From contig OZ243917.1 in the NCBI GenBank assembly GCA_965213815.1, forward strand, positions 1,626,832-1,690,831: a DNA stretch of 64,000 nt. The letters run 5' to 3'. Both the position numbers and the translations under genes were made by a program. Shown piece by piece: positions 50,020 to 59,149 of this stretch. The DNA is from Alphaproteobacteria bacterium (GTDB taxonomy: Bacteria; Pseudomonadota; Alphaproteobacteria; SP197). Positions within the stretch are counted from its first letter, which is position 1; each line of letters starts with the position of its first letter. The notes under the pieces were generated by a model that was not told where the DNA came from, made no database searches, and saw only the letters and a program-made list of their open reading frames with translations.

Positions 50020-51588
50020 TCAGGCCTGTTCGCCTCTGACACTCAACAGATTTCTCTCGGCCTGTCCGAAGACAATGCCCAAGAGATGAACGGGCTCGCC
50101 ATGGTCACGATACGTCTCAGCGTAGCCCCGCTCCCGCATCTGGCGGATTGCCTCTTCCAGAGCCGCCCCAACCTCCCTATCGGCCATCTTGAACTCCATG
50201 ACGAATACCTGGCCGTCCAGAAACACCACCACGCCGGCCCGGCCACGGGATGATGCCTCCTCCACGCGAAGGCCCACATCGATGGCCCTGAAACACATGT
50301 AAAGGAGGCTCGCATACCATGCCTCGTACCGCGCAAGATCCCCATGACCTTGCCACGGGTACGGGATCCCCGAGATATACGAACGAAGCCTCTTTCCGAA
50401 CCCTTCGAAGTCGTTTGCCTCCAGAAACCCACAGAGTTCCCTGCCGTGGTCCGATGTCTCCTTCGCCGCGGCTCCCAAGTGTCCCAAGAGACCGTCGTTC
50501 AGGCTCCACTGTACTTCGAAATTGGGATAGTCCAGCCTGTAGAGCGTTCGGGGACCTTGACTTTCCTCTGCCGTGATCGTCAGGTAGCCTGCCTGAAAGA
50601 GAAGTGCGTCCACGGAGATATCGTCCACATCAAATGTCGCCATCAACCGCTCGTCCGCCAACCGGTTCTCAAGATCGATCGGGTTCACGTGCTTCTCCAT
50701 CAGAAGACGGTAGAGAAACTCCGGTGAACCGGTCTCGTACCACCACGGCCGGAAGGTTCTGCGGTCAAACAACAGCAGCACGTCAAAGGGGTTGTAGACT
50801 TTCTCACTGCCCAACCAGTGATAACCGTTGTACCAGCGCCGGATCTCGTCACGGTTGAGCTCGTCAAGTTCCACCGCAAATGTTCCATCAAGATCCTTCT
50901 CCGTGTAGCCGCAGAGGGTCGCGTATCGCGGGTCAAGGCTGATGTCCTTCAGATTGTTGAGGCCCGAAAACAGACTGACCTTGGAGAACATGCTCACCCC
51001 GGTCACAAGCACGAAGCGGACGTGTTCGGCGCTGCCCTTGATGATTCCGTAGAGACCTCTGAGTGCATCCCGATTCGCCTTAGCAAGGGACGGATCTTCC
51101 AGCACATCCAGAATTGGCTTGTCGTACTCGTCCACCAGAACCGCGACCCGCTGACCGGTGGCATGGTGGAGGCGGTCCAGGAGATCCAACAAACGCACTG
51201 GACCGGTACACTCAGGTGAGGGTGCAAGGCCGGCGTTGCGTTCGATGATCGTCAACTGGCCGATAATGCTACGCTCGACATCCTCGGGCTCGTTGTATCT
51301 TCCGTCAAAACTCAGCCGGACTACTGGATGCTTCACGGACCAGTCCCAGTGGCGGTGGATGTCGAGCCCTCGGAACAGCTCCTCTTTGCCTTCAAAAAGG
51401 GATTTCAGCGTGTCCACCAGCAAGCTCTTGCCGAATCGACGCGGACGGGAAAGAAAATAGTGCCGTCCCTCGTCCACCAGACGCCGAATGATCGGCGTCT
51501 TGTCGACATAGTAGCAGTCTTCTTCCCGAATCGTTCGGAAATCCTGGATCCCGATCGGGAGTCGACGGTGCTCCACAGCTCTCTCCAT
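50020..51588 (-). CDS. AAA-ATPase-like (PF09820-type N-terminus: GIQDFRTIREEDCYYVDKTPII...FLSRPRRFGKSL) fused to a PD-(D/E)xK nuclease family-9-like C-terminus (DUF1703-type).
   Basis: N-terminal and C-terminal motifs in the 522-aa ORF. Confidence 0.6.
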   Translation of the reverse strand: MERAVEHRRLPIGIQDFRTIREEDCYYVDKTPIIRRLVDEGRHYFLSRPRRFGKSLLVDTLKSLFEGKEELFRGLDIHRHWDWSVKHPVVRLSFDGRYNEPEDVERSIIGQLTIIERNAGLAPSPECTGPVRLLDLLDRLHHATGQRVAVLVDEYDKPILDVLEDPSLAKANRDALRGLYGIIKGSAEHVRFVLVTGVSMFSKVSLFSGLNNLKDISLDPRYATLCGYTEKDLDGTFAVELDELNRDEIRRWYNGYHWLGSEKVYNPFDVLLLFDRRTFRPWWYETGSPEFLYRLLMEKHVNPIDLENRLADERLMATFDVDDISVDALLFQAGYLTITAEESQGPRTLYRLDYPNFEVQWSLNDGLLGHLGAAAKETSDHGRELCGFLEANDFEGFGKRLRSYISGIPYPWQGHGDLARYEAWYASLLYMCFRAIDVGLRVEEASSRGRAGVVVFLDGQVFVMEFKMADREVGAALEEAIRQMRERGYAETYRDHGEPVHLLGIVFGQAERNLLSVRGEQA

Positions 51589-52202
51589 CGATCACCGGAT
51601 GCAACCTTACCACACCCGGTTCGCAGGCATGCCATCAGGGTCGTGGTCTTTCTCGAGCAACACGTCACGGCTCCGGCATCCGTTCGGGGCTGCCCACCGC
51701 CATATCGAAGTCGACACCAGCGCGGATCACGAAGCTCGACACCGTGAGCACCACAACGGCGGGCGTCCACAGACCCACCACCTATCGCCTGTTATCACGG
51801 TCACGCTTGGCGGTGCGCGACGCACAACTCGCGGAGAAACGTGGATCGGCTGCTCCTTCGTTCCAGAGGACTTTCACCTCCAACCTTCCGCCACTTCGCT
51901 TGGCACGTGTCTCTACCGCGACCGATCCTCCAAGAACATGGGACTCGGGCGAAAGTCCATGCCTGGCTCGCTGTGAGAGAGGAACCACAGCGCATGGGAG
52001 CAGCAATTCACTCCGGCGATCTTGAGATGGATGGAGCGCTTGCCACCCGGTTTCTTGCCGGCTTGGCAGGCTGTTCGACCATCAGGCCCAGACGCCTTGA
52101 TCACGTGCTGCAAGGCAAATGCGCACAACGTGTTTGACCGTCCTCGAGACAGTATTAGGTGTCATGCGCATCCTGCAGCCCAGCCAAGCGTTTGCAGTTC
52201 AT

Positions 52203-52430
52203 TCACCCGGGCCAACGGATCATGAGACCAAGAACTGCCACGGCGAATGCCAAGAGCCCTGCAATCGTCACAATCAACCGAGTTTCCCTCTTGGCGGCTT
52301 CCGCATCCCGCTTGGCGTTATCCTCGGCCAGTCGGGCAATATCGGTCTTGTACTCGGCCTGCATAGTCTTCATGCGTTCCTCCAGGACGGCCAGCTTCGC
52401 CGCCATTTCCACGGTGCCTGGGTCACTCAT
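52203..52430 (-). CDS. Small coiled-coil protein with a C-terminal TM helix (MSDPGTVEMAAKLAVLEERMKTMQAEYK...IAGLLAFAVAVLGLMIRWPG). Function unknown.
   Basis: Track ORF 52203..52487; start at an internal Met. Confidence 0.3.
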   Translation of the reverse strand: MSDPGTVEMAAKLAVLEERMKTMQAEYKTDIARLAEDNAKRDAEAAKRETRLIVTIAGLLAFAVAVLGLMIRWPG

Positions 52431-52499
52431 GTGTAACAGGGTAGCCGATGCGTCACGCGTTGGCGAACTCCCCTGATCAAGGCACAACGGAGCAGGCTC

Positions 52500-53345
52500 T
52501 CAGCTGTCCTCAGAGACGTAGCCGAAGCGTTTCATCTGCTCGCCATGAGTCTCACAGATCTGCCTGATCTGGCTCTCGCTCAGTTCATCCTTCCAAGTCC
52601 CGACCTTACCGCGCCGGAAGAATCTCTTCTGATGCTCCGACCTCTCCTTGAACCCGCCAGTGGCTTCTTGACTTTGAAGGGTCTTGAACGAGGAATGGCG
52701 GATGGCCCGCAACAACCTCTGACGCGACGGCTTCAGACCGAGGAACCGCGCTACTCCCCCGAAGGTCGCCAACGACTTTTCGACCATGTCCTCATACCTT
52801 ACCACATGGAGACGCTCACTCGCCCTGCCGGTCCAGCTCTCGACGTGCTGCGACCAGCTCCCCGACATGATCGAGACATTGTTGCGCTCCGGGTCGTGGG
52901 GCATCTCTAGGTAGTCGGTCGCCATGATCTCGATCGCCTGGTCAAGAGCGATTCCCATGAAGTCCGCCGAGGAGGAGGCCACATCGAGGGGATTACGTAC
53001 GATATAGATGGCACCGGATGTCACGCCCAGATTGATGGTCGGATGCCCTTGCACCGTCATCAGTGCATTGTGTGTTTTGCAGAATATGGATCTCGGCTGT
53101 CCCTGGGCGATCAGATTACAGACCTTCGGCCGCATGGCGGCGACATCCTCGGACGACCATTCGCTCACCGGTCGCTTGTCCAGCATCCTGAACCACATCA
53201 GCGATCCGTCGCTCTGTAGGATCTCGCCCTGCATCCTGTCCAGGTTAGCCGGCCGCGCCTCGTTGTGGAAGAGATTGTGAAGGAACGCCCGCATCCACGT
53301 GTTGCCGGATTTCGGATAGCTGGCCAGCCAGACGATGTCGCCCAT
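52500..53345 (-). CDS. Sulfotransferase paralogue 2 (intact, 281 aa).
   Basis: SYPKSGNTW motif. Full-length relative to paralogue 3. Confidence 0.75.
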   Translation of the reverse strand: MGDIVWLASYPKSGNTWMRAFLHNLFHNEARPANLDRMQGEILQSDGSLMWFRMLDKRPVSEWSSEDVAAMRPKVCNLIAQGQPRSIFCKTHNALMTVQGHPTINLGVTSGAIYIVRNPLDVASSSADFMGIALDQAIEIMATDYLEMPHDPERNNVSIMSGSWSQHVESWTGRASERLHVVRYEDMVEKSLATFGGVARFLGLKPSRQRLLRAIRHSSFKTLQSQEATGGFKERSEHQKRFFRRGKVGTWKDELSESQIRQICETHGEQMKRFGYVSEDS

Positions 53346-53415
53346 GCACTAAACCCCAACGGAAAGGAGCGGTCACAAAGGACCGCTCCTCACAACATTA
53401 GACCTATGACTTCAA

Positions 53416-54390
53416 TCAGAATGAGACCAAGAACGCCACCGCACCGAATGAGGTATCCTCATTGCTCGATGGGGAATCACGTCCGACGACACCGGCAACA
53501 TTAACGCCTGGACCAAGATTATATGTCGCCATCAGACGGGAGAAGTCAGTATCAACATTTGCGCTATCCTGGCTCTTGTTGCCAAAATTGGCGCTGATGG
53601 CCCAAGGGCCTTCACCATACATGGCGCCGACATCGTACTGGACCACATCGTCCACTCCATCCATGTCCGTATCATTCGACCTATAGGACCCACCGGCAGA
53701 CACTCCAGACATGGTCACTACCAAGCCTGCGTTCCAGTCAGTCACAGTCCGATCGGCCGCACCACCTGCTGCTGCCACGTCCGTGCTGGCATAACCGGAA
53801 GCAATCGTGACACCAGCATCACCGACAGCGCCGTCATAGCGCAGACCCACGGAGTACACATCATTACCTTCGTCAGAATAAACGGTATTTGACTGCGCTT
53901 CTGTTCCGGCCTCGGGAGCATATGACGCACCAAATTGGATACCGTTGATTACAGGCGAGAAGTACAGCAAGGATGCACCGCCAGCGCCTTCGCCTGCAAA
54001 TGTTGAATGCCACTCTCCACTGAGATGTCCAGACCAAAATGGAGTGTTGATACCATAGAAGTATGTGGCATAGGGAGCAGCTGTCGACATCTTGTACGAA
54101 GCAGTGTCCTCATTGCCTATACGAATTTCTCCGAAGGAACCGCTGAGATAGGCGTACTTCCCGTCACCCTGATCCTCACTTTCTTCACCTTCGATATCAA
54201 TTCTCACACCGACTTCGAGACCACTGTCAAGAACCGTAGATCCCGTGAACACAAGCAAGATGTCATTCGAGATTGCGATGTCATCCTTGTCGGCTTGCGT
54301 GTCGCTGTCGACAATTGCCACGCCCCACATTGACCGACCGCCAACGCTGAGCGAGATCGGTTCGGCCATCATCTCTTCGGCAACGGCCAC
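53416..54390 (-). CDS. Porin cassette 2. It is silent, with no signal peptide or start context; an upstream in-frame stop lies in AT-rich non-homologous DNA. Homology begins at the core CCACTGGTGTGGCCG (54385-54399).
   Basis: Hand translation of the 5' junction. The porin body is intact and ends ...FLVSF. Confidence 0.65.
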   Translation of the reverse strand: MAVAEEMMAEPISLSVGGRSMWGVAIVDSDTQADKDDIAISNDILLVFTGSTVLDSGLEVGVRIDIEGEESEDQGDGKYAYLSGSFGEIRIGNEDTASYKMSTAAPYATYFYGINTPFWSGHLSGEWHSTFAGEGAGGASLLYFSPVINGIQFGASYAPEAGTEAQSNTVYSDEGNDVYSVGLRYDGAVGDAGVTIASGYASTDVAAAGGAADRTVTDWNAGLVVTMSGVSAGGSYRSNDTDMDGVDDVVQYDVGAMYGEGPWAISANFGNKSQDSANVDTDFSRLMATYNLGPGVNVAGVVGRDSPSSNEDTSFGAVAFLVSF

Positions 54391-54517
54391 ACCAGTGGGC
54401 GTATACGCTATATTAACTATCTGTTAACGTGCTTATAATGCTCCCTGCACAATTGCAATGTCGGGAGGTGCATCATCGGATCTTCCCATGCCTGCAATTT
54501 CAGCGAAGGGAGGACCC

Positions 54518-55642
54518 ATGGCCAAGACCAAACTCACTGAAGCCTGCGTAAGGGCACTGCGGCCCCGCAAGAGTGTCCGAGACATTCGGGACTCGCAGCT
54601 CAGAGGCTTCGGTGTGCGCGTCTATCCATCTGGCTGCAAACGATACTTCATCCACGTTCAGCACGAGGGACATCGTGTTTGGAAAATCGTCGGTGATGCT
54701 GCTGCCCTCCGGCCTGCCGAAGCACGGGATCGGGCGAAGACCATGATGGCGGCGACACGCAAGGGAACCTCCCCTGCGACGGATCGCATACTGTTCGAGG
54801 CGGTGGCCGAAGAAACCTTCCACCGGTACGGAAGAAACAACTGGAAGCCCCGTACTTTCAAGGTCAATCGGTACTGCCTGGAAAACCAGATTCTGCCATG
54901 GTTCAAGGGGCGTCAGATCGCCGGTATCACCGATGGAGACGTGCAGGAGTGGTTTGCGTCGCTGCATGCGACGCCAGTAGCGGCCGATCGCGCTGCACCG
55001 GTTCTCTCTGTCATTATGACCTGTGCCGAAACATACGGATACAGGTCCGCGGAAAGTAATCCCTGCAAGGGCATCAAGCGCTACCGGAGGCAGGAAAGGG
55101 AACGCTTCATGTCGGAGGAAGAGTTACGCCGCTTGGGGGTCGCGCTGAAGAAGTATGAGGACACAGGCCCCATGTGTGTGGCCATCATTCGACTGTTGCT
55201 GCTGACCGGCTGCCGCAAATCGGAGGTGGTGACACTTAAGTGGAAGAACTATCGGGACGGACATGTTCACCTCAGCGACTCCAAGGCGGGTCCGCGGATG
55301 GTCTGGCTTTCGACTTCGGCCCGCCGGATCCTGGATGGCATCCGCAGGGAATCCACGTGGGTCTTCCCATCACCAAGAACTGATAAGTCACTGACTACCG
55401 CACCTGTTGAGCGCTTCTGGCACCGTATTCGATCGGAAGTGGGACTACAGGACGTGCGCCTTCACGACCTGCGTCACACTTACGCCAGCATTGCTGTCAT
55501 GCAAGGTGAGAGTGTTCTAACCGTCGGCCGGCTGCTTGGTCACAACAATCCAGAGACAACTCTCAAGTACACCCATCTAGCGCACGGCAAGGTAGTGGAG
55601 GCTGCTCGGGCCATGGGCGATGTTCTTGGAGGGTCTGCGTGA
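54518..55642 (+). CDS. Tyrosine integrase/recombinase 1 (P4-type; ...VRLHDLRHTYASIAVMQGESVLTVGRLLGHNNPETTLKYTHL). It lies inside the putative invertible segment.
   Basis: Integrase core-binding and catalytic motifs. Track ORF 54458..55642; the start is probably MAKTKLTEA. Confidence 0.75.
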   Translation: MAKTKLTEACVRALRPRKSVRDIRDSQLRGFGVRVYPSGCKRYFIHVQHEGHRVWKIVGDAAALRPAEARDRAKTMMAATRKGTSPATDRILFEAVAEETFHRYGRNNWKPRTFKVNRYCLENQILPWFKGRQIAGITDGDVQEWFASLHATPVAADRAAPVLSVIMTCAETYGYRSAESNPCKGIKRYRRQERERFMSEEELRRLGVALKKYEDTGPMCVAIIRLLLLTGCRKSEVVTLKWKNYRDGHVHLSDSKAGPRMVWLSTSARRILDGIRRESTWVFPSPRTDKSLTTAPVERFWHRIRSEVGLQDVRLHDLRHTYASIAVMQGESVLTVGRLLGHNNPETTLKYTHLAHGKVVEAARAMGDVLGGSA

Positions 55643-56772
55643 TGAATCAAAGGACGAAACTGACAGAGTCACGTATCAGAAGACTCAAGCCGGCCGATCG
55701 CGAGTACACCATCCGCGACACTGTCGTGCCAAGCCTTGGCGTACGGGTTCACCCCTCAGGAGGAAGCAGCTACGTACATTTCAGCAATGGCACGAAGGTG
55801 TCGCTTGGTCCTACCATGCACCTGGAAGTTCGGGAAGCTCGAGTCCAGTGCCTTACACTGCTGGTCGACGGGCGGCCGAGAAAGGATCCGGTTCCCCTGT
55901 TCCAAGACTTCACCATGCATGAATGGCGGAACACGTGGATCCATCGGAGCAAGCCTGCAACGATCCAATGGAGGGAGAAGTGTCTGAAACGCCAGTTGTT
56001 CCCAGCATTCGCGGCTTGTCGTTTGGACAGGATCACGACTGCGATGGTTCAACAGTGGTTCGACAACTACAGCAGGACCGCTCCGGGCGGAGCCAATCAC
56101 TGCCTCAAGGTCCTTCGCCAGATCTTCAACCATGCTATCTCCTGCGACCACATCACATCGAATCCGGCGAGGAATGTCAGACCCAACCGCAGGCGGAAAC
56201 TCACACGCTTCCTTTCGAGTGAAGAGCTTGGACGATTGCATTGTGTGCTCGACCAGCATGACCGCGAGTCACCTCACAGGCTGTCGCAGCGTCAACAGAT
56301 CGATATCATTCGCCTGCTCCTTCTGACCGGCTGCCGCAAGAGCGAGATCGTCCGTCTTCGCAGGGAGGAAGTGTCCGGTGATTGTCTCCACCTGGTGGAC
56401 AGCAAGACGGGACCACGTACGGTGTTTCTGAACGAAGAGTCGAGGGTCATCATCGACCGCCACATCTCAGGCCACAGCGCCTTCCTGTTTCCGTCGCCCA
56501 GAGATCCCGGGCGCCCTCTCCATGGCGAGCTTGCGCTCTGGTATACAATTCGCAGGCAAGCGGGCATCGAGGATGTACGCCTTCATGATCTGCGTCATAC
56601 GTATGCCAGCCATGCCGTCATGCAGGGAACACCTCTGCCGGTCGTGTCACGTCTGCTTGGACACTCACGACCAACCATGACGATGCGGTATGCACACATG
56701 GGCGACCGCGAAACCGAGGAGGCTGCGGAGCGCATCGGAGCCGTGATCGCCGGAATGCTGGACATCGGATGA
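55639..56772 (+). CDS. Tyrosine integrase/recombinase 2, a paralogue of recombinase 1. It overlaps recombinase 1 by 4 bp.
   Basis: Motifs ...VRLHDLRHTYASHAVMQGTPLPVVSRLLGHSRPTMTMRYAHM. Confidence 0.75.
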   Translation: MMNQRTKLTESRIRRLKPADREYTIRDTVVPSLGVRVHPSGGSSYVHFSNGTKVSLGPTMHLEVREARVQCLTLLVDGRPRKDPVPLFQDFTMHEWRNTWIHRSKPATIQWREKCLKRQLFPAFAACRLDRITTAMVQQWFDNYSRTAPGGANHCLKVLRQIFNHAISCDHITSNPARNVRPNRRRKLTRFLSSEELGRLHCVLDQHDRESPHRLSQRQQIDIIRLLLLTGCRKSEIVRLRREEVSGDCLHLVDSKTGPRTVFLNEESRVIIDRHISGHSAFLFPSPRDPGRPLHGELALWYTIRRQAGIEDVRLHDLRHTYASHAVMQGTPLPVVSRLLGHSRPTMTMRYAHMGDRETEEAAERIGAVIAGMLDIG

Positions 56773-57110
56773 CAAGCGCTGTCCGGGAAACACTTGATGG
56801 GCGCCGCAGGTGATCGGCGGTACTCCGGGATGACCGCCGACCGCGAGGCTCCCAGTGATAAGACCAAGCAACCTTTCCAGAAATGCAACTGGACCTTGCT
56901 TGAGTGCCCTCTGATCGGGCCGCGGAAGCTAACGCCAACCGGCCAGAGGTTATGACTGTGCACAGCCTCTGTTGCAATAGTGCAACACCTGTTGACGTTA
57001 CACCATACATGCCTTTGACGGAACAGTGGTATCACGCTACCTAACCTGCGGCCAGCACCCGTTGTGCGGGCAATTCCTTGATTAGGATCCTACATGAAAG
57101 GAAGTGAACA

Positions 57111-58148
57111 ATGAAAAAGGCCCTTATGGGTACCACTGCCCTTGTGGCGGCCGCGGTGACCACTGGTGTGGCCGTTGCCGAAGAGATGATGGCCGAGCCG
57201 ATCTCGATGACCATTGGCGGCAGGTCACACTGGGGTGTGGCGATGTTTGACAATGAGGCAAGGTCGAACGATGACGATGTCCGGATTTCGAACGATGCTC
57301 TGCTGACGTTCTCGGGTTCAACGGTTCTTGACAGCGGCCTTGAAATCGCCGTGCGCATCGAGATTGAGGGCGAGCAGTCCGGTGATCAGGGCGATGCCAA
57401 ATATGTCGACATTTCAGGCAGTTTTGGCGAAATCCGTATTGGTAATGACAGCCCTGCCGGCAAGAAGTTGGCTACGACCGCACCCTACGCTACGTACTTC
57501 TATGGGATCAATGACAACTATTGGGCGCAGTCAGTGTCAAGCGTTGGCTCTAGTCCCTGGATGGACACGTACGCGAACGCCGGTGCAGGAGATTCCGCGT
57601 CGCTCCTGTATTTCTCGCCTGTGTTGAACGGATTCCAGTTTGCCGTTTCCTATGCGCCGGAAGCTGGTGCAGAGGCACAGTCGGCCACTGCGAGTACTGC
57701 TGATGGAAATGATGTGGTCTCTGTCGGTCTGCGTTATGACGGCGCCTTCGGCGATACCGGCGTTACCGTTGCTGCCGGATACGCGAGCAATGACGCGACC
57801 ACGGCAACCACTTCGGAGATGGCTGGCGGGGTAGTCGTCTCCATGTCGGGTGTGTCACTTGGTGGCTCCATGAGTGTGATGGACGACGATGCGGGCAGCG
57901 ACGACCTGACGCAATTCGACCTTGGCATCAAGTATGGCGAAGGTCCGTGGTCAGTCAGTGCGAACGTGGGTAGTCAGCAAGATGATGATGCTATGCTCGA
58001 CAATGACTTCGCGCGGCTGCTCGCCAACTACAATCTCGGCCCTGGCATCAACATTGCCGGCGCAATCGGTGTCGACTCACCCAACGCGGGTGCCAACGAC
58101 GGACAGGATACTTCCTTCGCAGGTATTGCGCTGGGGGTCAGTTTCTGA
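57111..58148 (+). CDS. Porin, the expressed copy. It has an RBS (GGAAGTGAACA-ATG), a signal peptide MKKALMGTTALVAAAVTTGVAVA and a C-terminal F. The core site CCACTGGTGTGGCCG lies at 57160-57174, inside the signal-peptide codons.
   Basis: Gram-negative porin features. Two paralogues elsewhere. Confidence 0.8.
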   Translation: MKKALMGTTALVAAAVTTGVAVAEEMMAEPISMTIGGRSHWGVAMFDNEARSNDDDVRISNDALLTFSGSTVLDSGLEIAVRIEIEGEQSGDQGDAKYVDISGSFGEIRIGNDSPAGKKLATTAPYATYFYGINDNYWAQSVSSVGSSPWMDTYANAGAGDSASLLYFSPVLNGFQFAVSYAPEAGAEAQSATASTADGNDVVSVGLRYDGAFGDTGVTVAAGYASNDATTATTSEMAGGVVVSMSGVSLGGSMSVMDDDAGSDDLTQFDLGIKYGEGPWSVSANVGSQQDDDAMLDNDFARLLANYNLGPGINIAGAIGVDSPNAGANDGQDTSFAGIALGVSF

Positions 58149-58230
58149 CCATCAGACCGATACTTGCTTTTATGTTCTCTGGAGCGGCCCTTGTGGCCGC
58201 TCCCTTTTCTTCCAGGGCATTGAAGACGCC

Positions 58231-59076
58231 ATGGGCGACATTGTCTGGCTGGCCAGCTATCCGAAATCAGGCAACACGTGGATACGCGCGCTTCTTCACA
58301 ACCTCTTTCGGAACTGGAGCGACCCTGTCGACGTCAACAGTATGCACGGAGACCTCTCCCAGAGTGACGGCATGCTCGCGTGGTACCGGATGCTGGACAA
58401 ACGCCCCTGCCAGGAGTGGAGTTCCGAAGACGTGGCGCGCATGCGCCCCAAGGTAGACGCACTGATTGCCAAGACATCGCCAGGGTCCATTGTCTGCAAG
58501 ACCCACAACGCACTGCTCACGACACGCGGCTGTCCGACCATCAATCTGGAGGTGACATCCGGCGCAATCTACATAGTGAGAAACCCGCTGGATGTAGCCT
58601 CCTCGTTCGCTGACTTCCTGGGAGTTGACCTGGACAAGGCCATTGAATTCATGGGTACGGATTATCTGGAGACACAGAGCGATCATTCGCTCGACAATGT
58701 TCAGATATTGCTTGGAAGCTGGTCGCAGCATGTCAAGAGCTGGACAGGTAGACCCAACCGTCAGCTTCACGTGATTCGCTACGAAGACTTGCATGAGGAT
58801 CCGACTCGAACATTGAGACGCCTGGCGCGGTTCCTTGGACTGAAGCCGTCGCGGCAGAGATTGCTGCGTGCAATCAGGAACTCGTCGTTCAAGGTCATGC
58901 AGGGTCAGGAGAAGAGACAGGGCTTCAAGGAACGCTCCCCCTTTCAGCAACGCTTCTTCCGTCGCGGCAAGGCCGGGTCCTGGAAGGGCGAACTGAGCGA
59001 AAGCCAGGTCAGGCGGATTTGCGAAGACCATGGCGAACAGATGGAGCGCTTCGGCTACCTGCCCGAAGGATCCTGA
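58231..59076 (+). CDS. Sulfotransferase paralogue 3, co-transcribed downstream of the expressed porin.
   Basis: SYPKSGNTW motif. Start at MGDIVW, which is internal to track ORF 57922..59076. Confidence 0.8.
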   Translation: MGDIVWLASYPKSGNTWIRALLHNLFRNWSDPVDVNSMHGDLSQSDGMLAWYRMLDKRPCQEWSSEDVARMRPKVDALIAKTSPGSIVCKTHNALLTTRGCPTINLEVTSGAIYIVRNPLDVASSFADFLGVDLDKAIEFMGTDYLETQSDHSLDNVQILLGSWSQHVKSWTGRPNRQLHVIRYEDLHEDPTRTLRRLARFLGLKPSRQRLLRAIRNSSFKVMQGQEKRQGFKERSPFQQRFFRRGKAGSWKGELSESQVRRICEDHGEQMERFGYLPEGS

Positions 59077-59149
59077 CAGGAGGGCGCAACACTCGTGGCT
59101 CGCTCCTGATCACAGCGATGGGGTCGGGCGTGCGGGCCGATGTTCCGTG

